Assembly: GCF_001457595.1 (NCBI RefSeq)
Contig: NZ_LN831039.1
Location: 1,140,001 to 1,172,000 of the forward strand
Origin: Mycolicibacterium smegmatis
GTDB taxonomy: Bacteria; Actinomycetota; Actinomycetes; Mycobacteriales; Mycobacteriaceae
Length of the DNA: 32,000 nt
Direction: 5' to 3'
Shown: positions 26,461-32,000 of the stretch, piece by piece
Layout: every line of letters begins with the position of its first letter
How positions within the stretch are numbered: position 1 is the stretch's first letter
Notes under the pieces: generated by a model
What the model was told of the DNA's origin: nothing
Databases searched by the model: none
The model's input: the letters and a program-made list of their open reading frames with translations, nothing else
Made by a program: the position numbers and the translations under genes

Positions 26461-27113
26461 TGGACACCGACACCAGCTCGCCACCTCGAGGCCGCCGCGA
26501 TGCGATCCTGCAGGTGCTGCGCGCCTCCCCGCAGCCGCGCGCCATCGCCGGCATCGCCGACGAACTCGGCGTGCACCCCAACACGGTCCGATTCCACCTC
26601 GAGGCGCTGGCCCGGGCCGGGCGCGTCGAGCAGGTGGTCGGTGAGGCCGTCGGCCGGGGCCGACCTCCGGTCCTGTACCGCGCGAGCCGCCGGATGGACC
26701 CGTCCGGACCCACCAACTACCGCCTCCTGGCGAGCATTCTGACGGGCTACGTCGCGCGTGACCCGGATGCCGCCGCTGTCGCCGCGGATCTGGGCCGGTC
26801 GACGAGTCCCGGGCTGGTCACCACCGCACCGCACGGTCCGTCGACCAGAACGCAGGCCGTCACCGAACTGGTGGATCTGCTGGCGGAGCTGGGTTTCGAA
26901 CCCGAACCCGCAGATGGCCGGCGCGCGCGCGAGATCCGACTGCGTCACTGCCCGTTCCAGAATCTCGCCGAGGAACACGGTGAGGTGACCTGCGCGCTAC
27001 ACCTCGGTCTCATGCAGGGCGCACTACGGGACCTGCAGGCGCCGGTCACCGTGGATCGCCTGGAACCCTTTGTCGAACCTGATCTCTGCGTCGCGCATCT
27101 GGCACCGCGATGA
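26460..27113 (+). CDS. Winged-HTH (ArsR/MarR-like) transcriptional regulator with a Cys-containing C-terminal domain
   Basis: RDAILQVLRASPQPRAIAGIADELGVHPNTVRFHLEALARAGRVEQV is the wHTH. The C-terminal part contains HCPF, TCALH and LCVAH. The ATG overlaps the ferredoxin stop (TGATG at 26458-26462). Confidence 0.75.
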   Translation: MDTDTSSPPRGRRDAILQVLRASPQPRAIAGIADELGVHPNTVRFHLEALARAGRVEQVVGEAVGRGRPPVLYRASRRMDPSGPTNYRLLASILTGYVARDPDAAAVAADLGRSTSPGLVTTAPHGPSTRTQAVTELVDLLAELGFEPEPADGRRAREIRLRHCPFQNLAEEHGEVTCALHLGLMQGALRDLQAPVTVDRLEPFVEPDLCVAHLAPR

Positions 27114-27143
27114 CGAACCCCCCCGCCCACCAAGGAGGTTGAC

Positions 27144-27428
27144 ATGGCCGCTTCGCAGCCGGTGTTGGAGGCGCTCGGCGATCACGACTACCTGCTGAGA
27201 TTTACGCAGGACGACGACGCCCCCGTGGTGGTGCGCGTGTATGCCGATCCCACTGTCGTCGCGCAGATCGCAGCCGACGAGACGCGTGTGGTCGCGGCGA
27301 CCGCGGACTATCTGATCGCGCGTCAGAGCCTCGAGGACCTGCCCGAACAGGTCGATCTCGACGAGGTCGCCGCCGCCTACGACGACTACGTCGCTGAACT
27401 GCACAGCCGGCTGAATCCTTCGACGTGA
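27144..27428 (+). CDS. Small acidic hypothetical protein (94 aa)
   Basis: Strong SD AAGGAGG 6 nt upstream of the ATG. Coding-like codon bias. Rich in Asp/Glu. No family recognised. Confidence 0.6.
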   Translation: MAASQPVLEALGDHDYLLRFTQDDDAPVVVRVYADPTVVAQIAADETRVVAATADYLIARQSLEDLPEQVDLDEVAAAYDDYVAELHSRLNPST

Positions 27429-27443
27429 CCGGAGAACACGGCG

Positions 27444-28040
27444 ATGGACACGTTCACGCTCGGTATGCCCCGGTGGCCGTTCCTGTTGCGGTTGTGGGGC
27501 CGTCACCCGCTGGTGCGCCCCGCCGATCGGGTCGAGGCATTCGCTGTCGTGCTGACCGTCGTCGTGATGCTGGTGACCGCGCCGATCGCCGCGGCGATCG
27601 GGACCACCGTCTACGACACCCGCCGCACGATGTACGCCGAGCAGGCGGACACACGCCGAACCGTCGCCGCCACCGTCATCGATGACGATGCCGCACAGGC
27701 GGTTCTGCGAACCAACACTGCCCTGATGCCGGCACGATGGTCCGTTGCGGGCGTCGAGCACACCGGGACCGTGGAGGTCGCGTCGACAGCGAAAACCGGT
27801 GATGTCGTGCAGATCTGGGTCGACGACCGCGGGGAGCGGACCTCAACGCCGACACCGATCGGCCTCGCTGCCGTGGAAGCGGTGACCGGCGCACTGGTCC
27901 TGTGGCTTGTCGTCGGCTGCATCCAGGGCGGTCTGCTCATGGCGACACGAGCCTTGTGCGACCGGGTCCGCTCGGCTGCCTGGCAGCGCGAACTCGACCA
28001 CCTCGCCGGTACCGACGGGTTTCACTACCCGACCCCATAG
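27444..28040 (+). CDS. Rv1733c-like conserved transmembrane protein
   Basis: Colinear with Rv1733c as I recall it: RHPLVRPADRVEAFAVV (RNPLVRGTDRLEAVVML), ATVIDD (ATVIDH), PARWSVAGVEHTGTVEV (PARWVVNGIERSGEVNA), GDVVQIWVDD (GDRVGIWVDS), and RVRSAAWQRELDHL (RVRNASWQHDIDSL). Two TM helices. Confidence 0.8.
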   Translation: MDTFTLGMPRWPFLLRLWGRHPLVRPADRVEAFAVVLTVVVMLVTAPIAAAIGTTVYDTRRTMYAEQADTRRTVAATVIDDDAAQAVLRTNTALMPARWSVAGVEHTGTVEVASTAKTGDVVQIWVDDRGERTSTPTPIGLAAVEAVTGALVLWLVVGCIQGGLLMATRALCDRVRSAAWQRELDHLAGTDGFHYPTP

Positions 28041-28045
28041 CGATC

Positions 28046-28092
28046 AAAAAAGGGGAGTACCGGCGCAGGAACCCAGACTGCGCCGGTACTCC
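28046..28092 (-). terminator. Intrinsic terminator (15-bp perfect stem plus T-tract on the - strand); possibly bidirectional
   Basis: GGAGTACCGGCGCAG-gaacccaga-CTGCGCCGGTACTCC at 28054-28092. The A6 run at 28046-28051 reads as CCTTTTTT after the stem on the - strand. It lies 6 nt after the + strand Rv1733c-like stop and about 120 nt after the - strand 39-aa gene. Confidence 0.8.
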
Positions 28093-28213
28093 GTGCACCC
28101 GCCCGCACCGATGTGCGAATTATGGATGCGTCGGTTTGGTCTTTCGCGAAATTGCGCGGTTACCGGCTCCGAAATCCGTCATCCGGAATTTCGGGTGTGG
28201 TGAGAGCCTGCCA

Positions 28214-28333
28214 TCAGCCCTTACGTTTGCGGATGATCGGCATGGACTCTTCGGCCTTGGCGCGCTTGATCGCTCGCCGCTCCTTGAGGGAGAGCTCAGG
28301 TTTTCGAAGGGTCTTACCGGATTTGTCAGCCAT
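28214..28333 (-). CDS. Very basic 39-aa protein (MADKSGKTLRKPELSLKERRAIKRAKAEESMPIIRKRKG)
   Basis: ATG at 28333 with a consensus SD (AAGGAG) 6 nt upstream. An AT-rich promoter region lies upstream and a canonical terminator downstream. About 72 percent G+C at third positions (hand count). The longer 91-aa track ORF is rejected. No family recognised. Confidence 0.6.
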   Translation of the reverse strand: MADKSGKTLRKPELSLKERRAIKRAKAEESMPIIRKRKG

Positions 28334-28419
28334 TGACGCTCCTTTTCCGAAGTGGCAACTGCTGGTCCGACCATACGTCAGAAAAAATAAAAATCCAGTC
28401 GGGCCGTTTTTTCGACGAG

Positions 28420-28460
28420 TTTGTCGGATCCGGACAACCCGACGCCGGTGCGTTGTCCGA
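28420..28460. promoter_or_regulatory. Array of TTGTCCG/CGGACAA half-sites in a divergent promoter
   Basis: TTTGTCGGATCCGGACAAC-ccgacgccggtgc-GTTGTCCGAT. CGGACAAC (28431-28438) and GTTGTCCG (28452-28459) form a perfect 8-bp inverted repeat. A third, imperfect copy (TTGTCGG) sits immediately upstream, around a CGGATCCG palindrome. Confidence 0.4.
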
Positions 28461-28534
28461 TTTCCGCAACCCTTTCCCGCACTCCGCACGAAGAATGAAA
28501 TTACAAAAAGAAAATTTCCTGAAATGGAGGCAAC

Positions 28535-29806
28535 GTGGTCGGCTACGGGCGCATCGACGGTGGGCCGCGGTCGGCGATCGTGGTCGGTGCCGGCACGGTC
28601 GGACTGTCGGCGGCGTGGTTCCTGCAGGAACGTGGTGTCGCCGTCACGGTCGTCGACCGGGTCGGCGTGGGCACCGGCGCGTCATGGGGCAATGCCGGGT
28701 GGATCGCGCCGGCGCTGACTGTGCCCGCCAACTCGCCGGCGATGCTGCGCGACGGCCTCCGCTCGCTGTTCGATTCGCAGGCGCCGCTGCACATCCCGCT
28801 GGCCGCGGACTCCGAACTCGCCAACTTCCTGATCCAGTTCGCCGCCAACTGTCGTCGCGCGTCATGGAAACGGGCGATACGCGCCAACGTCCCGCTCAAC
28901 GAGGAGTGCCTCGAAGCCTTCGATGTCCTGTTCGCCAACGGCGTCGACGCGCCTTTGACCGACGCACCCATCACCGCGTTGTTCAGCACCGCCGCCGAAG
29001 CCGAACGGATGATGCGTGATCTGCGCGCGCTCGAAGACGCCGGGCAGACGATTTCGGTCAGCGGACTGTCGGGCAGACAACTGCGCGACCAGGTTCCGCT
29101 GGCATCGCCGGCAATTGCCGCCGCACTGAACGTCAACGGCCAGCGCTACGTCGATCCGGGCCGGTTCGTGCAGGCGCTGCGACACGCGGTCGAGGAGCGT
29201 GGCGCCACGATGCGCACGATGGAGGTCTCCGACGTGTTGAGCTCCGGCAACGGAGTTCAGGTGTACCCCCGCATCGGCAAGTGGCTCACAGCCGACGTCG
29301 CGGTGGTCGCCACCGGCGCGTGGTTGCCGCGCCTGGCCGGTAGCCGCATCACCGTGCCGGTGCAGGCTGCGCGACGCTACTCGTTCACCGTGCCTGTCGA
29401 CCGTCCCATCCCCACGCCGATCTACCTGCCGGAGGCCGGGATCGCGTGCACGCCCCACAAGGGGGCACTGCGGGTCACTGGTGCCACCGAACTGCGCGAT
29501 CCCTATGAGCCGGCGATGCCGTCGCGCATCGGAGCCATGGTGGCCGCCGCCGAACCCCTGCTGGAGGGCGTGCGCTGGGCCGAGCGCAGCGACATCTGGG
29601 TCGGCCCAGGGGCTCTCACCCCAGACGGGCGGCCCCTGATCGGCGAGATGTCGCGCGGCGTGTACCTCGCCGGCGGTCATGGCATGTGGGGCCTGGCGCA
29701 CGGACCGGTGACCGGCAGGCTCCTGGCCGAGTACATCACCACCGGCAAGCAACCGGAGGCCCTACGACCGTTCGACCCGCTGCGCCGCACGGGTGCCGAC
29801 CCCTGA
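28535..29806 (+). CDS. FAD-dependent oxidoreductase (DadA-like D-amino-acid dehydrogenase / DAO family)
   Basis: N-terminal dinucleotide fold AIVVGAGTVGLSAAWFLQERGVAVTVVDR. The ASWGNAGW motif is typical of DadA-type enzymes. C-terminal GGHGMWGL. GTG start preceded by GGAGG. Confidence 0.85.
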   Translation: MVGYGRIDGGPRSAIVVGAGTVGLSAAWFLQERGVAVTVVDRVGVGTGASWGNAGWIAPALTVPANSPAMLRDGLRSLFDSQAPLHIPLAADSELANFLIQFAANCRRASWKRAIRANVPLNEECLEAFDVLFANGVDAPLTDAPITALFSTAAEAERMMRDLRALEDAGQTISVSGLSGRQLRDQVPLASPAIAAALNVNGQRYVDPGRFVQALRHAVEERGATMRTMEVSDVLSSGNGVQVYPRIGKWLTADVAVVATGAWLPRLAGSRITVPVQAARRYSFTVPVDRPIPTPIYLPEAGIACTPHKGALRVTGATELRDPYEPAMPSRIGAMVAAAEPLLEGVRWAERSDIWVGPGALTPDGRPLIGEMSRGVYLAGGHGMWGLAHGPVTGRLLAEYITTGKQPEALRPFDPLRRTGADP

Positions 29807-29837
29807 CGAAATGCTCCACAAAGAGAAAGGACCCGAA

Positions 29838-29981
29838 ATGACCAGCGTTGAACCACGTTCGATGCCGCGCCTGGCCGTCGAAGTACCCGATGACCTCATG
29901 GACCGCTCAGGCCACGTCGAGATGAAGACCGACATCGTCGTCGTGCTCGACGATGGCTCGCCGAGCTGCGACTGCCGATAG
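29838..29981 (+). CDS. Micro-ORF 1 (47 aa, acidic, ends ...SPSCDCR)
   Basis: ATG 7 nt after GAAAGGA. About 79 percent G+C at third positions (hand count). Located 32 nt after the oxidoreductase stop. No family recognised. Confidence 0.45.
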   Translation: MTSVEPRSMPRLAVEVPDDLMDRSGHVEMKTDIVVVLDDGSPSCDCR

Positions 29982-29993
29982 GAGGGGAAACCG

Positions 29994-30185
29994 ATGTCGC
30001 CCACTGCTCCGTCGCTCATGACGCTCACCAACCGACTCATGAAGGCCCACCACAGGATTCGCGAGCTCGAAGCCAGCGAGGCCGAGCTGCGCGAGAAAAC
30101 CAAGGTGCTCTGCGCCGTCATCGCCAAACTCACCACCGAGGTGCAGTCGCGTTCGGATGCCGAGCCGGTCATGGAGGACGCCTGA
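29994..30185 (+). CDS. Micro-ORF 2 (63 aa, predicted coiled-coil helix)
   Basis: Strong SD AGGAGGGG 5 nt upstream of the ATG. About 86 percent G+C at third positions (hand count). Heptad-like RIRELEASEAELREKTKVLCAVIAKLTTEV. The stop overlaps the next ATG. Confidence 0.6.
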   Translation: MSPTAPSLMTLTNRLMKAHHRIRELEASEAELREKTKVLCAVIAKLTTEVQSRSDAEPVMEDA

Positions 30186-30325
30186 TGACCGCCGAACTGT
30201 CGACAACCGACCAGACGCTCGGGATCGATCCCGATGCGGTGGACCGCCTCCTTCTCATCGCCCTTCAGCGATGGGAGTCCGATGGAGGTGCCGTCCCCCC
30301 TCGAATGGTCCGACAACACGAATGA
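30185..30325 (+). CDS. Micro-ORF 3 (46 aa; MTAELSTTDQTLGIDPDAVDRLLLIALQRWESDGGAVPPRMVRQHE)
   Basis: Not in the ORF track because it is under 60 aa. I translated it by hand and found no internal stop. The ATG overlaps the micro-ORF 2 stop (TGATG). Its TGA overlaps the GAGGAG SD of the next gene. Third-position G+C is only about 67 percent, so support is weaker. Confidence 0.4.
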   Translation: MTAELSTTDQTLGIDPDAVDRLLLIALQRWESDGGAVPPRMVRQHE

Positions 30326-30334
30326 GGAGACCAC

Positions 30335-31462
30335 GTGGACGTTTTGGAACGACTCGACCTCGACACCGTCCGAGAACTGTCGCAGCGGACCGACAGGCTG
30401 GGAGTGGTGTCGCTGTACTTCAATGCCGACCCTACCCAGAACCTGCAGGTGCAGGCCATCGATCTGAGAAACCGATACCGGTTGTTACATCGCCGCATGG
30501 AAGCCGATGGCTCCCAACGCTATCGGGACGTCGCCGCAGCGCTGGAGCGCCGCAGGCCGCTCATCGAGACCCTGATCACCGGAGTCGCGTCGGGCCGCGG
30601 GCGCATCATGTTCATCGGGTTGGACGGCGACTGGACCGTGCACTTCGAGTGTATGATGCCGGTGACCAACCGTGTGGTGCTCGACGACGGCCCTTTCATC
30701 CACCCGCTGGTGGAAGTTCTCGACGAAGGCCGCCCGGCCGGCGTCGTGGTGATCTCCGCCGACGATGCGCGGTTGCTGGAATGGCGCCTGGGCCAGCTGC
30801 AGGAGATCAGTCGCATCGCGCAGCCGTTCGGTCAGGCGCCGCACGAGCGGGCCGGCCAGATGCGCGAACAGCGCCAGGCCCGCGAGCGTGACGGCATGCA
30901 GCGATTCGTGACCCAGGTGACCGCGACCGCGACGGATCTCGCCGAGGAGCGTGGGTGGGAACGGATCGTGGTCAGTGGCGGGCAACGCTGGACCGAGCCG
31001 GCCAAGACGAGGTTCGGTCCTCCGCTGCGCGGCAAGGTGCTGGTGGACCGGGGCCTCGGCGGCCTCGACGACGCTGCGCTGACGGCCGCCGTCACCGCGC
31101 GTCTGCACCGGCAGCACAAGTACGACGAACAGCAACTGCTCGACTACTTGTGTGACGCCGGCGGGACCGGTGATGTCGCACTGGGCCTGTCCGAGGTCGC
31201 CGCCGCACTGAACGCAGGCAGGGTCGACCATCTGGTGTACGACCCGGCCGTGCGCTACGTGGGGTCCGTGGGTGCCGACGGGTCGCTGTACGCCGACGGT
31301 GAGATCGCGCCGCACAGTCACGCGGCGACGAAGGACTCCCGATTCACCGAGCGCCTCGTCGACCGGGCATTGGCCACCGGCGCGAGGATCAGCCCGGTGG
31401 AGGGCGCGGCCGGTGCGGTGCTGAAGGACGCCGCAGGCGTCGCGGCGGTGCTGCGCTGGTGA
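30335..31462 (+). CDS. eRF1/Pelota-like protein (bacterial baeRF-type; Rv2629-like)
   Basis: 375 aa, GTG start after GAGGAG. The layout matches eRF1/Dom34. A central-domain strand GVVVISADDARLLEW is followed by a Gln-bearing loop PFGQAPHERAGQMREQRQARER. It then has a GWERIVVSG strand, a C-domain GDVALGLSEVAAALNAGRVDHLVY, and a terminal GVAAVLRW (compare eRF1 GGIGGILRY). It is about the same length as M. tuberculosis Rv2629 (374 aa). Confidence 0.7.
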   Translation: MDVLERLDLDTVRELSQRTDRLGVVSLYFNADPTQNLQVQAIDLRNRYRLLHRRMEADGSQRYRDVAAALERRRPLIETLITGVASGRGRIMFIGLDGDWTVHFECMMPVTNRVVLDDGPFIHPLVEVLDEGRPAGVVVISADDARLLEWRLGQLQEISRIAQPFGQAPHERAGQMREQRQARERDGMQRFVTQVTATATDLAEERGWERIVVSGGQRWTEPAKTRFGPPLRGKVLVDRGLGGLDDAALTAAVTARLHRQHKYDEQQLLDYLCDAGGTGDVALGLSEVAAALNAGRVDHLVYDPAVRYVGSVGADGSLYADGEIAPHSHAATKDSRFTERLVDRALATGARISPVEGAAGAVLKDAAGVAAVLRW

Positions 31463-31509
31463 GTCCGGCCGTAATCCGCAGGGCCGCAACGTCGCACCCG
31501 GGTGACGGC

Positions 31510-31521
31510 CGACACGTGTCG
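31510..31521. promoter_or_regulatory. Perfect 12-bp palindrome CGACACGTGTCG upstream of the TspO gene
   Basis: Read directly. It ends 30 nt upstream of the ATG at 31552. Confidence 0.3.
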
Positions 31522-31551
31522 AAAAGGCGTACAGCGGGTACTAGTTGACGC

Positions 31552-32000
31552 ATGCGACCGATCACCTTGGCCAAGACAGCATCTGCAGTAATCGCGACGG
31601 GAGTCGTCGGCGGGCTCGCGAGCCGCGGGTCACAGACTGCCTGGTATCAGTCGCTGCGCAAGCCGTCGTTCCAGCCGCCGCCTGCGGCGTTCCCGATCGC
31701 GTGGAACCTGCTGTACGCCGATATCGCGTCGACGTCGGCCCACACCATCGACAAGTTCCAGGAGCAGAACCGTGACGACAAGGCCCGCGCCTATTCGGTG
31801 GCTTTGGCCGCCAACCTGATCCTCAATGCGAGCTGGTCGTGGATCTTCTTCAACCGCGGCAAGCTCGGCACCGCTGCCATCGCGGCCGGGGCGCTCGCGG
31901 CCAGCAGCGCCGACCTCACCCGTCGTGCGGTCGACGCGCAGGGCGCACGCGGTGCGATCCTCGCGCCCTACCCGCTGTGGTGCACGTTCGCGACGGTGCT
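31552..32000 (+). CDS. tspO: TspO/MBR family tryptophan-rich sensory protein (partial, runs off the right edge)
   Basis: Translated by hand: MRPITLAKTASAVIATGVVGGLASRGSQTAWYQSLRKPSFQPPPAAFPIAWNLLYADIA...NLILNASWSWIFFN...APYPLWCTFATV. This shows the W..L.KP.w.PP...F..vW..LY and N..WS..FF signatures. It is absent from the track because no stop lies in the window. Confidence 0.8.
   Translation, partial: MRPITLAKTASAVIATGVVGGLASRGSQTAWYQSLRKPSFQPPPAAFPIAWNLLYADIASTSAHTIDKFQEQNRDDKARAYSVALAANLILNASWSWIFFNRGKLGTAAIAAGALAASSADLTRRAVDAQGARGAILAPYPLWCTFATV

Noticed and set aside
28093-28718. 201-aa + strand ORF (28113..28718) and 228-aa ORF (28333..29019) spanning the AT-rich spacer.
   Set aside because: They run antisense to the well-supported 39-aa gene and out of frame into the DadA-like gene. 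They are Arg-rich with no motifs and lack an SD.
29994-30325. Micro-ORF 2 and micro-ORF 3 as a type II toxin-antitoxin pair (two small overlapping genes).
   Set aside because: Neither product shows a recognisable antitoxin DNA-binding fold (RHH, HTH, AbrB) or a toxin fold (PIN, RelE, MazF, HipA). Both are smaller than typical toxins. They are coupled to the downstream eRF1-like gene rather than standing alone. An unconventional TA-like relationship with the eRF1-like protein cannot be excluded.
30947-30955. A literal GGQ tripeptide (IVVSGGQRW) in the eRF1-like protein, tempting to call the catalytic release-factor motif.
   Set aside because: By position it aligns with the strand after the long helix of eRF1 domain 2 (the ...ILAG... 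strand), not with the GGQ loop. The loop equivalent is PFGQAPHERAGQ, about 50 residues earlier. I do not claim this GGQ as catalytic.

Overview
High-G+C actinobacterial chromosome, almost certainly a fast-growing Mycobacterium/Mycolicibacterium. The backbone is the menaquinone locus, syntenic with M. tuberculosis Rv0551c-Rv0558: fadD8-like ligase, Rv0552-like amidohydrolase, menC, Rv0554-like hydrolase, menD, Rv0556-like membrane protein, mgtA, menG/ubiE. Organism and orthology are inferred from remembered protein sequences and gene order, not from a search. Accessory genes interrupt this backbone: a frameshifted Rv2951c-like F420/LLM oxidoreductase, a GlxA/AraC plus DJ-1 pair, a DsbA-like lipoprotein, and a 654-aa aconitase-family gene plus an SDR. 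The right half (about 18.8-32 kb) is accessory and holds three items of interest. (1) A visibly lower-G+C gene set combines a GS-like gamma-glutamyl ligase, a GntR regulator, an APC permease, a PuuD-like hydrolase, a nitrilase and a small membrane protein. It looks like a Puu-type gamma-glutamylation pathway in which a nitrilase replaces the oxidase/aldehyde dehydrogenase steps. (2) A COG0523 GTPase is preceded by a Zur-box-like palindrome. (3) A stress/dormancy-flavoured block contains a 7Fe ferredoxin overlapped with a wHTH regulator, an acidic 94-aa protein and an Rv1733c-like membrane protein. It continues with a 39-aa very basic protein that has its own terminator, a DadA-like FAD oxidoreductase, three tightly coupled micro-ORFs leading into an eRF1/Pelota-like (Rv2629-type) protein, and TspO. 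The micro-ORF plus eRF1-like module is my best candidate for an undescribed system. I saw no tRNA or rRNA genes, CRISPR arrays, transposases or integrases. Many long ORFs in the supplied track are antisense or out-of-frame artefacts of the high G+C content.
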